Both the position numbers and the translations under genes were made by a program. Positions 18,802 through 30,528 of a DNA stretch of 64,000 bases are shown here, in pieces (position 1 is the first letter of the stretch; the number at the start of each line of letters is the position of its first letter). Origin of the DNA: Candidatus Levybacteria bacterium RIFCSPLOWO2_12_FULL_41_12 (GTDB lineage: Bacteria; Patescibacteriota; Microgenomatia; Levybacterales; UBA12049). The stretch is taken from the NCBI GenBank assembly GCA_001784155.1, contig MFPL01000006.1, positions 87,280 to 151,279 on the forward strand. Direction: 5' to 3'. The notes under the pieces are model-generated. The model saw nothing but the letters and a program-made list of their open reading frames with translations. It was not told where the DNA came from and ran no database searches.

Positions 18802-18873
18802 CAATTTACAATAATGACTCATTGAAACATTGAAAATTCAATGGAAATTGAGAATTGCGAATTGAAAATTAAT
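18802..18873 (+). repeat. 7-nt periodic array resembling the joined flanks of the four-helix-bundle gene
   Basis: caatttacaataatgactcattgaaacattgaaaattcaatggaaattgagaattgcgaattgaaaatt. Confidence 0.7.
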
Positions 18874-18878
18874 TGAGT

Positions 18879-19958
18879 ATGACTGATAAATTAATAAAAA
18901 ACAAAGATAAACAAGAGGAGCAGGAAAGTCCGGAAGAGGAGGTACTGTTCACCTCTCTTAGGGCGGGGGCATGGGATGAATTTTTCGGTCAAGAAGGAGT
19001 AAAGCAGGCTCTTCATATTGCCATTTCTGCGGCAAAAAAAAGAAAAGAACCCATGGAACACATACTTCTCTATGGTCCTCCGGGTCTTGGTAAAACAACA
19101 GTGTCCCATCTCATAGCGAAGGAAATGGGAGTTTCTATAAAAATTACGTCCGGGCCTGCGATTGAGCGGGCAGGGGATTTGGCGTCAATTCTCACCAATC
19201 TTGAGGCAGGCGACATTCTTTTTATTGACGAGATTCATAGACTAAATAAAGTAGTTGAGGAGACTTTATATCCTGCGATGGAAGACTATGCATTAGACAT
19301 AGTTATAGGTAAAGGGCCTTCTGCTCGAACCTTAAGGCTTGATCTTCCGAGATTTACCCTGATTGGTGCTACAACTCGAATAGGGCTTTTATCCGCTCCC
19401 ATGAGAGACAGATTTGGAGTAGTCCATAGGCTAAGTTTCTATAAACCTGAGGAGTTGGAGCGGATAATTATTAAGGCAGCATCAAAGCTTAAAATCCCAA
19501 TTGATAAAGATTCTATTAAAGAAATATCCATTCGAGCCCGCGGAACACCAAGAATTGCGCTCAAGTTCTTAAAAAGAGTCCGCGACTTCGCACAGGTAAA
19601 AGGAGAGGGCAAAGTGACAAAAGATCTTACGGATAAGGCGCTAGCGCTTCTTGAAGTTGACACGATAGGGCTAGACAGTGGGGACATAAGATTCATCAAA
19701 GCAATTATTGAGAAGCATGGAGGAGGTCCAGTAGGCCTTGAAACCCTGTCCTCAACTATTTCTGAGGACATATCAACAATTGAAGAGGTTATTGAGCCGT
19801 ACCTTCTCCAGGTAGGATTCATAAAAAGAACTTCAAGGGGAAGAATGGCTACAAAACTAGCGTATTCACATTTCGGATTAAAACACCCTGAAGAGCCTGC
19901 CCGCAATGCTTCGCATAGCGATGCAGGCGGGAAAAAATCCCAACAAAAACTACTCTAA
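18879..19958 (+). CDS. ruvB: Holliday junction branch migration ATPase
   Basis: [39 protein letters not shown]. Confidence 0.96.
   Translation: MTDKLIKNKDKQEEQESPEEEVLFTSLRAGAWDEFFGQEGVKQALHIAISAAKKRKEPMEHILLYGPPGLGKTTVSHLIAKEMGVSIKITSGPAIERAGDLASILTNLEAGDILFIDEIHRLNKVVEETLYPAMEDYALDIVIGKGPSARTLRLDLPRFTLIGATTRIGLLSAPMRDRFGVVHRLSFYKPEELERIIIKAASKLKIPIDKDSIKEISIRARGTPRIALKFLKRVRDFAQVKGEGKVTKDLTDKALALLEVDTIGLDSGDIRFIKAIIEKHGGGPVGLETLSSTISEDISTIEEVIEPYLLQVGFIKRTSRGRMATKLAYSHFGLKHPEEPARNASHSDAGGKKSQQKLL
19896..19931 (+). repeat. 36-nt GC-rich hairpin inserted in-frame in ruvB tail
   Basis: CCTGCCCGCA-ATGCTTCGCATAGCGA-TGCAGGCGGG, encodes [12 protein letters not shown]; arms resemble 15436-15455. 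Confidence 0.75.
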
Positions 19959-20530
19959 TGGATGATTTAATCAAAAGAGAGAAGGATCTTCATAGTGAAG
20001 GCGAGCAGGTATTAGAAAAACTACAAATATTAAATATCCTCTCTAGGTTTGGGTCTCCCAAAACTGTTGGAAGCTTTGCAACAGGGCTAATGGTTTGGAG
20101 AGACCTTGATATTGTACTTGAAAAAGAAATAGATGAAAAAGGTTATTGGGAGACAGTAAATTTGCTTTTCTACAGCCCAAGACTAAAATATTTAACACTC
20201 ACCGACTTTAGGAATAGTACGAACCCCAACACTCCCAAAGGGCTATATCTGGGGATTAAATATTGGTTTGAAAATAAAGAATGGAAAATAGATGTTTGGT
20301 TTATAGCTCCTAGGGCACCAGGATCAGAAAATTTTAACGAATGGATTAAAGAAAAGCTGGATGAAAAATCTCGAAGAATAATCCTGGGAATAAAAAGCAA
20401 GATATACAACAACCCTGATTACAAAAAGAAAATCTATAGCGTCGACATCTATAAAGCTGTTATAAATGAGGGGATAGTCGATCTAGGAGGCTTTAGAAAA
20501 TATCTAGCAAAGTCAGGCAGAAGTATTTGA
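19958..20530 (+). CDS. putative nucleotidyltransferase-fold protein
   Basis: GSFATGLMVWRDLDI (GS...DxD) and WKIDVW. Confidence 0.55.
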   Translation: MDDLIKREKDLHSEGEQVLEKLQILNILSRFGSPKTVGSFATGLMVWRDLDIVLEKEIDEKGYWETVNLLFYSPRLKYLTLTDFRNSTNPNTPKGLYLGIKYWFENKEWKIDVWFIAPRAPGSENFNEWIKEKLDEKSRRIILGIKSKIYNNPDYKKKIYSVDIYKAVINEGIVDLGGFRKYLAKSGRSI

Positions 20531-20532
20531 AT

Positions 20533-21201
20533 TTACTTTAATTCCTCGAGGATTACGACTTTGGAATTTTTTACTTCTCTTTTGAATTTATCTTCAGCGT
20601 CTTTGTAACTATCCCCCAGAAGTAATTTGTAATGCATGGGGATCGTTATCTTCGCAGCAATGGTGTTTGCTGCCTCTATTGCCTCCGAGACGTCCATAGT
20701 GAACTTTCCTCCCATGGGGATCAGAGCCACGTCAATGTGGTCGTTTTTTAACTCTGCCATCTCCGGGGGAAAGTCAGTGTCACCTGCATGATAAATTTTC
20801 TTGTCATTCATCTCGAAAATATAACCCACCCAATTGTTTCCCCTGGGATGAAACTGTAAACGGTCAGGATGAGTATTGTATGCTGGAACTGTAGAAAATT
20901 TAAAACCTTTGACCTCATAGCTATTGTTAGGAGAAACTTCTATCTTCCTCTCGTTTGGTAAGTCAATTTTCGCCAGAATATCAGGAGGAGCTATTATTGT
21001 TGTTTGGTCTGCCAAAACTTGCGAAAGATCCTCTGGTGAGAAATGGTCGTAGTGGGCATGGGTTATAAAAATTAAATCAGCCTTTTCCAAGCTTCTTCCT
21101 TTTAAATCAAAAGGATCGACATAATATATTCTATTTCCGTTCTCGTCGATAAAGAAAAAGCTTGCGTGCCCAAGCCACTTTATATTTTCTAAGTCTTCCA
21201 T
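20533..21201 (-). CDS. metallo-beta-lactamase-fold hydrolase
   Basis: WLGHASF, THAHYDH, YHAGDT, IPMHY. Confidence 0.88.
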   Translation of the reverse strand: MEDLENIKWLGHASFFFIDENGNRIYYVDPFDLKGRSLEKADLIFITHAHYDHFSPEDLSQVLADQTTIIAPPDILAKIDLPNERKIEVSPNNSYEVKGFKFSTVPAYNTHPDRLQFHPRGNNWVGYIFEMNDKKIYHAGDTDFPPEMAELKNDHIDVALIPMGGKFTMDVSEAIEAANTIAAKITIPMHYKLLLGDSYKDAEDKFKREVKNSKVVILEELK

Positions 21202-21203
21202 AT

Positions 21204-23564
21204 TTAGAACCCTATCTTAAAAAGATCTTGGAAAAAAGGAGTCACAGTTATTATAACCTGGAGGAAAATCGTAAATAAGACTGAAGCCACGAGCAAGCGG
21301 TTTCCTCTAAAAAGAAGTCTTCCCCTGACTATAAACGCCAGCATCATGTGAGAGAAGATGAGCGTGTTGAATACTACCGTTCTCGCAAATACTTCAGAAT
21401 GACTCTGAAGCGATAAGTAAAAAACAGCTAGGAGAAGTATTGCTAAACCGAATCCGAAGGAAAAAATGAAAGTAAGTCTTTCTTTTGAGAGAATCGGAGC
21501 ATGCGGGTTTCTAGGTGATCTTTTTAGAATATCAGGAGACTTCTTATCGCTCGCTAATGCGAGAGCCGGAAGTCCATCGGTTACCAAATTGATCCACAAA
21601 ATTTGAGTGGGGAGTAGAGGAAGAGGCATGTTTAAAAGAAACGCCAGAACAATTAACGATATCTCAGACAGATTGCTTGTCAAGAGATAAGTTATTGCCT
21701 TTAAAATATTGTCATAGATTTTTCTTCCCTCTTCTACGGCGTGGACAATGGTTGAGTAGTTATCGTCTGAAAGAACTATATCTGCCGCCTCTTTCGCAAC
21801 GTCAGTTCCCGTGTCTCCCATTGCAATTCCTACATCTGCTCGCTTTAGGGCAAGCGTATCGTTAATCCCGTCTCCTGTAACTCCAACAATAAGCCCCTTC
21901 CTTTTTGCTGCCTCAACTATACGAAGCTTGTCCTCGGGCTCTATCCTCGCAAAGACGCTTACTCTTTCTATTTCTTTATCCAGCTCTTCGTCCGTGAGCT
22001 TTTTGAGCCCATCTCCTGTAATAACACCATCTTCTTCAACAAGCCCTATTTCTTTTGCAATGGCAAGCGCTGTTATTTCATTGTCGCCTGTTACCATTAT
22101 TGTTCTTATCCCCGCATTTCTTGCCTCTCTGATTGCGTCCTTTGCCTCTACTCTGGGCGGATCATAAATTCCAATCAGTCCTATGAACTCCAGATCTGAC
22201 TCAAGACTTTTCTTCCAATCTGATGACCCGATTTTTTTTGAGGCAAACCCAATGACTCTTAAGCCTAAACTTGCGTACTCGTCGATCTTTTTTTCTATCT
22301 CCTCTTTGTTAACATTCTCACTTCTCTCAAGAATTTCCTCAGGCGCACCTCGTACTAGAACTTTTAGACTCTCACCCTCTTTTACGACTGTTGTAATTGA
22401 TTTTGTTTCCGTATCAAAGAGATACTCATCAACAATAGAAGCATTTTTTCGTAGATTTTGATAATTCGGTTCGTGCTGAGACGCCCAGTAAAGAAGTGCT
22501 ACGTCTGTTTTGTCTCCTACGATTTCTACTGCTCCCTCGTAAGTCCCAGATACTATAGAAGATGCATTATTTAAAACGCTAGCAAGAATAATATCTGGCA
22601 AGAGGGTCTCTTTAAGAGGCCAGTGTTCTCTAACTTTCATTTGATTCTGGGTCAGAGTGCCTGTTTTATCGGTTATGATAAGTTGCACCGCACCCAAAGT
22701 CTCAACGGATGGCATTTTCCTCACAATTGCTTTTTTCTTTGCCATCCGGCTTACCCCAATTGCCAAAGCGATAGTCACGACTGCAGGAAGCCCTTCGGGA
22801 ATGGCAGCTACTCCTATGCTGACCGCAAGCAGGAGTAAGGGGTAAAGTTCTTTGCCCTGCATTATGCCAAGAGGTACTAATAGTGCAGAAGTTGCTACAA
22901 CGATTATAGTTATATAGCGGCCAAGCTGGGTAAGCTTTTTCTCAAGGGGAGTTTTGTCTGCTTCGATGCTTGAAATTCCTTTCGCAATCTTTCCAAACTT
23001 TGTATTAAGCCCTGTTGCGGATACTTCCATATAGGCTTTGCCTTTGGAGACCATAGTTCCTGAAAAAAGAATGTCTGAGTCTTTTTTAAGAACCGGCATT
23101 GATTCTCCCGTGAGGATAGATTCATCTACCTCAAGCCTATTGCTTTTGATGATTCTTCCGTCTGCCGGAATTCTGTCACCATCTGAAAGTATTACTACAT
23201 CTCCGGGGACAAGAAGAGAAGAGTCTATGGAGGTCTCTTTGCCGTCCCTTACTACCCGAACCTCTGAGGTGGCAAGTTTTTTAAGTTTCTCAATAGCCTT
23301 TTCCGCTCTGTATTCCTGAATAAAGCCGAATATTGCGTTAAGAATAAGGATTGAAAAGATAAGAAAAGCATCAGTATAGTCGCCAATTACTACAGATATT
23401 ACGGCTGCGATTGAAAGAATAAGATTGATGAACGTAGGGAACTGCGAGAAAAATATAGCAACAGCTCTGAATCTTTTAGCCTCCGGAAGAACGTTTTTTC
23501 CGGATTTTTTAAGAAGTTCTATTGCTTCTTGCGATGTGAGTCCTTTCAAGGTAAGGCTTTCCAT
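21204..23564 (-). CDS. P-type cation-transporting ATPase (P2A-like)
   Basis: LTGES, IPEGLP, DKTGTLT, TGDN, TGDGIND, WINLVTDG. Confidence 0.92.
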   Translation of the reverse strand: MESLTLKGLTSQEAIELLKKSGKNVLPEAKRFRAVAIFFSQFPTFINLILSIAAVISVVIGDYTDAFLIFSILILNAIFGFIQEYRAEKAIEKLKKLATSEVRVVRDGKETSIDSSLLVPGDVVILSDGDRIPADGRIIKSNRLEVDESILTGESMPVLKKDSDILFSGTMVSKGKAYMEVSATGLNTKFGKIAKGISSIEADKTPLEKKLTQLGRYITIIVVATSALLVPLGIMQGKELYPLLLLAVSIGVAAIPEGLPAVVTIALAIGVSRMAKKKAIVRKMPSVETLGAVQLIITDKTGTLTQNQMKVREHWPLKETLLPDIILASVLNNASSIVSGTYEGAVEIVGDKTDVALLYWASQHEPNYQNLRKNASIVDEYLFDTETKSITTVVKEGESLKVLVRGAPEEILERSENVNKEEIEKKIDEYASLGLRVIGFASKKIGSSDWKKSLESDLEFIGLIGIYDPPRVEAKDAIREARNAGIRTIMVTGDNEITALAIAKEIGLVEEDGVITGDGLKKLTDEELDKEIERVSVFARIEPEDKLRIVEAAKRKGLIVGVTGDGINDTLALKRADVGIAMGDTGTDVAKEAADIVLSDDNYSTIVHAVEEGRKIYDNILKAITYLLTSNLSEISLIVLAFLLNMPLPLLPTQILWINLVTDGLPALALASDKKSPDILKRSPRNPHAPILSKERLTFIFSFGFGLAILLLAVFYLSLQSHSEVFARTVVFNTLIFSHMMLAFIVRGRLLFRGNRLLVASVLFTIFLQVIITVTPFFQDLFKIGF

Positions 23565-24427
23565 TATTTGTCTTTCTGTCTCTCAAAAATAATCTTTGAA
23601 ATCTCGGCAATGGCTCTTTTTGCTTCCCCTTCTTCTTCTCCAATGTCTGAAGTCATTACGCCTAAATAGTAAGCATTTTCTCCGTTCTTTATTATCCCCA
23701 CGTCATGCACCCCTCCTTCTGCGTCTCCGGTCTTATGGTAGACAATCGTTCCCTCTGGAAGGAGAGCGGGGAGCCTGTCTTCAAAGTCTGAGTCTGTGAA
23801 GAAGCTGAGAAGTTCCTGAGTATGGGCTGCGTTGGTTACTTCGCCGTTATATATTTTTCTGAAAAGTAAATACACATCGTAGTTAGAAGTTTTATTATCT
23901 GCCATATTTGTCTGGGTAAGTCCCCACTCATCAATAGTTTTTTGAATTTTATCCATTCCAATCCTTACCCCTAAAACGTGTGCTGCAGTATTATCTGACT
24001 GCTTAAGGCTTAGCTTGGCTAAGTTCCTCAAGCTGTAAGACCCGCCCGGCTTCTCGTACCTGAGACTTCCTGTCCCGTAGTCCTGAATGTCTTTTTCAAG
24101 GATTGTAATTTTGCTGTCTAGATTAATCTCGCCTTTACTGGCTAGGTAATAAAGAACAGCAATTAGTGGAGTCTTATTTACCGAGGCTGAAACTATAATT
24201 TGGCGCTCATCAATTCCAAAAGAAGAATTGTTCTGAAAATTATTATAGTAAACAGAGTAAGACCCTTTTTGTTTTTGAGTATATTCGGTAACGTCGCTTC
24301 GTAAAGACACTGCATTTCTAGCCGCGGTATTGGGAAGCGAAAGCTTGGGCACGAAATCCAGATTTTTCCCCAAAATCATGAAGAATAAGGCAAAGACGAT
24401 GGTACCGATCAGCTTTCTTCTGGTCAT
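23564..24427 (-). CDS. serine hydrolase, class A beta-lactamase-like
   Basis: SVNK (SxxK), SDN, HKTG; N-terminal anchor. Confidence 0.82.
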   Translation of the reverse strand: MTRRKLIGTIVFALFFMILGKNLDFVPKLSLPNTAARNAVSLRSDVTEYTQKQKGSYSVYYNNFQNNSSFGIDERQIIVSASVNKTPLIAVLYYLASKGEINLDSKITILEKDIQDYGTGSLRYEKPGGSYSLRNLAKLSLKQSDNTAAHVLGVRIGMDKIQKTIDEWGLTQTNMADNKTSNYDVYLLFRKIYNGEVTNAAHTQELLSFFTDSDFEDRLPALLPEGTIVYHKTGDAEGGVHDVGIIKNGENAYYLGVMTSDIGEEEGEAKRAIAEISKIIFERQKDK

Positions 24428-25959
24428 TATAGATAGTCCATTTTTGGCCGGTATTGTAGAGCTTCAGCAATGTGTGCTGGCTTTATTTCTTTTGAACCTT
24501 CAAGGTCAGCAATAGTTTGGGATACCTTTATTATTCTGCTATACGACCTTGCAGACAGCTTCATTTTTGTTACTGCGAGCTTAAGCAGGTCTATACACTC
24601 GGTAGAAAGGATACAGTATTTCTTAATTTCCTTGTTGCCCATTTCTGAATTGGTAAGAATTTTTTTGTTCTTCGCGAAGCGCTTTGTTTGAAGATCCCGT
24701 GCTTTCTGTACCCTTCTTCTTACACTTGAGGAATCTTCTTCATTGTCTTTGCCCTCGTCCGCGACCAGCTTTTCCAGTTTTACAGCTGGTACTTCTAAAT
24801 GTATATCGATCCGGTCAAGCATTGGCCCTGAGATTCTTTTCTGGTAACGAAGAATTTCAGAAGTCGTGCATCGGCATTCACTCATCGGATCTCCAAAATG
24901 GCCGCATGGACAGGGATTTTGTGCAGCAACAAGCATAAATTTGGAAGGGAATGTAATTCTTCCGCGCGCCCTGGAAACTGTTACAAACCCGTCTTCCATG
25001 GGTTGGCGAAGGGCCTCCAGAACGTTTCTTTGAAATTCTGGGAATTCGTCTAAAAAAAGTACTCCTCTGTGGGCCAGTGAAATATCCCCAGGTTTTGGAT
25101 ACGCCCCTCCGCCCACGAGTCCAATATAGGACGTAGTGTGATGAGGAGATCGGAAAGGTCTTTTGGTGATTAGCGAATCATTCTCGAGGTAACCTGAGAT
25201 GCTATAAATCTTAGTTATTTCAAGCGCCTCATCGAATGTAGCTTTTGGCAAGATTGACGGAAGAGTCCTAGCCAAAAGCGTTTTTCCTGCTCCGGGAGGG
25301 CCTTTTAGAAGTATATTGTGTGATCCGGCAGCTGCGATTTCAAAAGCTCTTTTGGCCTGCTCCTGTCCTTTGATGTCTTTCATGTCGAATTCAAAAGATT
25401 CGGAATAGATGCTTTTTAAAGACAATGGCTTTTGTTTTTTTATTTCTGCCTTTCCCGACAGATGATTAAATATTTCAAAAAGTGAAGTTACCGGGTAGAC
25501 GTTTATTCCCTTAACAACAGATGCTTCTATTGCATTGGCAACAGGCACGAATATCGAGGTTATCTTTTTGTCTTTAGCCATAATCACAGATGATAGAACT
25601 CCGGTGCTTCGCCTCAACTTCCCATCAAGAGAAAGCTCGCCAATAAACATAGAGCTTACTGTATCTGTTTTTAGCTGCTCGCTAGCAATAAGAATTCCTA
25701 AAGCAATGGGTAAATCATAGCTAGGTCCTTCTTTTGGGAGGTCTGCGGGTGCCAGATTCACGGTTATTCTTTTTGCAGGAAAATCTGCCCCGGTATTCTT
25801 GATGGCGGATCTGACTCTTTCTTTTGACTCTTCAACGGCTTTATCGGGAAGTCCAACTATCGTAAAAGAGGGGAGGCCTTGGGAGGAGATATCTACTTCT
25901 ACTTCGACCGGTAGAGAATTTAGTCCTACTACTGCTGCGGAAATTACCTTTGCAAGCAT
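24427..25959 (-). CDS. comM: ComM/YifB Mg-chelatase-like AAA ATPase
   Basis: VNLAPADLPKEG, GPPGAGKT, RPFRSPHH, LFLDEFPEF, NPCPCG. Confidence 0.92.
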   Translation of the reverse strand: MLAKVISAAVVGLNSLPVEVEVDISSQGLPSFTIVGLPDKAVEESKERVRSAIKNTGADFPAKRITVNLAPADLPKEGPSYDLPIALGILIASEQLKTDTVSSMFIGELSLDGKLRRSTGVLSSVIMAKDKKITSIFVPVANAIEASVVKGINVYPVTSLFEIFNHLSGKAEIKKQKPLSLKSIYSESFEFDMKDIKGQEQAKRAFEIAAAGSHNILLKGPPGAGKTLLARTLPSILPKATFDEALEITKIYSISGYLENDSLITKRPFRSPHHTTSYIGLVGGGAYPKPGDISLAHRGVLFLDEFPEFQRNVLEALRQPMEDGFVTVSRARGRITFPSKFMLVAAQNPCPCGHFGDPMSECRCTTSEILRYQKRISGPMLDRIDIHLEVPAVKLEKLVADEGKDNEEDSSSVRRRVQKARDLQTKRFAKNKKILTNSEMGNKEIKKYCILSTECIDLLKLAVTKMKLSARSYSRIIKVSQTIADLEGSKEIKPAHIAEALQYRPKMDYL

Positions 25960-26008
25960 AAGTACATAATAGCATTTTTGAGGCGAGTTAGGTATAATTT
26001 GGCCCTAA

Positions 26009-27142
26009 ATGAACACGGAACGGAAGGGAGGAGTGAGACAGCCTACAGTTCTCGGGAATAATTCGGGAAATCTTCGGGAAATACAAAATGGGGAAGTAGC
26101 GGTTAGCTACCCCCCCTTAGTGTCTATATTTAAAGGCATAGTTGTGACTTCAGTACAAAGGACAGCAATGGGTATCCTGGATGACCTTGGTTTGGCTACA
26201 GAAGACAAGAGACTCCTATTTTTTTCTTATTTATGGCACGAGAGCGGGTCGCTTGTTCAGGTGCGTAGATTTGGCGGAGCGGATGAGACCGTTGATGGGT
26301 TACTAGGAAGGTTAGATGATCGCTTATCAGAAAAATATGACCAATTTTACGATGGATACTCTAGTGTGCTTGCTCAACAAGCGGAAGGTGAGATGGTAAA
26401 AAGATCAAAAGCAGTTTTGGCAAAGCATAACTATACAGAAGTTATGGAAATGAAAAACAAAAAAACGCCTCATAAGGTTATTGCTGAAGCTTTAGGAATA
26501 CCTCTTACTAAGGTACATGGAATAGCTAAAGATCTCATTACAGCAGGTTTGATAGAGCCTTCTGCAAAAGGTAGGTTTAGAGCGGCAACTTTTGCTGAAT
26601 TCTGCGATAAGGTGCTTAGGTTAAGGCAACAGGGGGTAATAGATTATGAGGAAGTGGCAAGGAGATTGGGTGTCAGCAGGGGAAGCGTAGATAGGGCTAT
26701 AGGAAGACTATCTTCTTCTGGAAGACTGAAGGTTTTTACCAAGAAAGAATTGGGAGCGATTAAGTCTCGGAAGAAAAAGGGTTTCAGGGAAAAGGTAAAA
26801 TCATATCGTAATAACACGGATTTAAGCGTAGAGGAGATAGCGGTGGTAACGGAGAGTACGGTAGACCAGGTTCGGATCCAGATATCAAAGCTAATACGGA
26901 GCGGAGAAATTATTTCGCAAGAGGTCCAAGATAGAAAAAGAAAAAAAGCGGAATTGAGAAAAATATTACAATCAGGCCGGTACCGCACTCTTAAGGGTAG
27001 GATCAACCTTAAAGCGGCAATGAAAGAATTGGGGGCGTCATTTTATAGCACGCGCTCTTTGTATGATGAAATTGCCCAAGAAGAAACAGTTCCTCCCAGA
27101 ATCAGACAAGTTCATAAAAGCTCCTTGGTTAATCCTAAGTAG
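26009..27142 (+). CDS. hypothetical protein with several HTH-like repeats
   Basis: IAEALGIPLTKV, VARRLGVSRGSV, IAVVTESTVDQV, AMKELGAS. Confidence 0.6.
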   Translation: MNTERKGGVRQPTVLGNNSGNLREIQNGEVAVSYPPLVSIFKGIVVTSVQRTAMGILDDLGLATEDKRLLFFSYLWHESGSLVQVRRFGGADETVDGLLGRLDDRLSEKYDQFYDGYSSVLAQQAEGEMVKRSKAVLAKHNYTEVMEMKNKKTPHKVIAEALGIPLTKVHGIAKDLITAGLIEPSAKGRFRAATFAEFCDKVLRLRQQGVIDYEEVARRLGVSRGSVDRAIGRLSSSGRLKVFTKKELGAIKSRKKKGFREKVKSYRNNTDLSVEEIAVVTESTVDQVRIQISKLIRSGEIISQEVQDRKRKKAELRKILQSGRYRTLKGRINLKAAMKELGASFYSTRSLYDEIAQEETVPPRIRQVHKSSLVNPK

Positions 27143-28433
27143 GTTTCGGGCGTGACCTTTCGGAGTTCATCTTTGACAGACTCTTTTACCGAAAGCTCGT
27201 TAATTAAACCGAGCCAATCTTCTCTTGAAAGTTTTTTACCTTTTACAGACTTCATGATAGATAAATAGGCATCTTTTTTACCTTCTTTGCGAAGAACAGT
27301 TTGCAAAGCTTCAGTCAGAATTGACCAGTCGCTATTTAAATCGTCTTTGATCTTTAATAAGTTAGGAGTGATTTTAGAGAGTCCATCGTGCGTACCGTTA
27401 TAGGAAATAAGTGAATGGGCGAGGATAACTCCCAGATTCCTTATGATTGTGCTTCCCGATAAGTCTCGCTGCAGGCGTGATAACGGAAGCTTTCTTTCCA
27501 AGACCTCAATTAGACCGTTTGCTATTTCCAAATTTCCCTCCGAATTTTCAAAATCAATCGGATTAATTTTTTGAGGCATAGTAGAGGAGCCTACCTGTCC
27601 TGTTCTTGATTCTAAAACAAACCACCCATCGCTAATATATCTCCAAAAGTCTTGATTTAAGTCCAAAAGAATGCCGTTTATTCTCTGGATGGTTTGAAAG
27701 TATTCGATTATATCTTCGGGTGGGTTGACTTGAGTTGTTAGTGGGTTAAATCTAAAATCCAGAGACTCAACAAGTTTTTGACTAAACTTTATCCAGTTGA
27801 TCTTAGGATAGGCAAAGTAAAGAGCATTGTAATTTCCTACTGCGCCGTTTAATTTTCCGGAAAACTCAAAATCTTTTAATTTATTTCTCTCTCTTCTTAG
27901 TCTTGAGGCAAAAACAGCCATCTCTTTTCCTAAAGTGGTAGGAACCGCGGGCTGGCCGTGGGTCCGGGCAAGCATTGGAACGCCTTTGTAACTCTTGGCA
28001 AGCTCCAACAGTTTGTTTGTTAAATCTTCAAGAGGGGGGACTATTGTCTCATCTGACGCACTTCTAAGCATAATTCTGTAGGAAAGATTGTTTATATCCT
28101 CAGAAGTCAGGCCAAAATGGATCATTTCGGAAGACTTACTTGATAAAACACTTCTCAGATAAATCTCAACTGCCTTTACATCGTGGTGTGTTTGATCTTC
28201 TATCTTTTTTATCTTTTCCGCTTCCTTTAAATCGAATTCTTCAAGAACCTTTAGAAGTTTACTTTTTTCGGAGGAGGACAGATCTACTATCCCTAGTTTT
28301 GATAGAGCAAATAGGTATTTAATTTCCACTCCAAGCCGAGCCTTAATTAGCGCATACTCCGACACAAATTCCGAAAGCTCTGTCGTCTTTTCCTTATACC
28401 TTCCATCAATTGGGCTTATCGCCAAAAGCATGC

Positions 28434-28437
<4 letters not shown>
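27112..28437 (-). CDS. purB: adenylosuccinate lyase
   Basis: ISPIDGRY, HDVKAVE, HFGLTSEDINN, ARTHGQPA, GSSTMPQKINPIDFENSEGN. Confidence 0.95.
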
Positions 28438-30459
<2,022 letters not shown>

Positions 30460-30528
30460 TTAGGCCATTGGATTTTAATACATGCGAGGTGTTAAATGCA
30501 ATAAGAAGTGCTAAAATAACTTACGCTT

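Noticed and set aside
23564-24427. Bona fide beta-lactam resistance genes (also 59176-60087 and the MBL at 20533)
   Set aside because: Only fold-level motifs are visible; such proteins are commonly cell-wall or housekeeping hydrolases.
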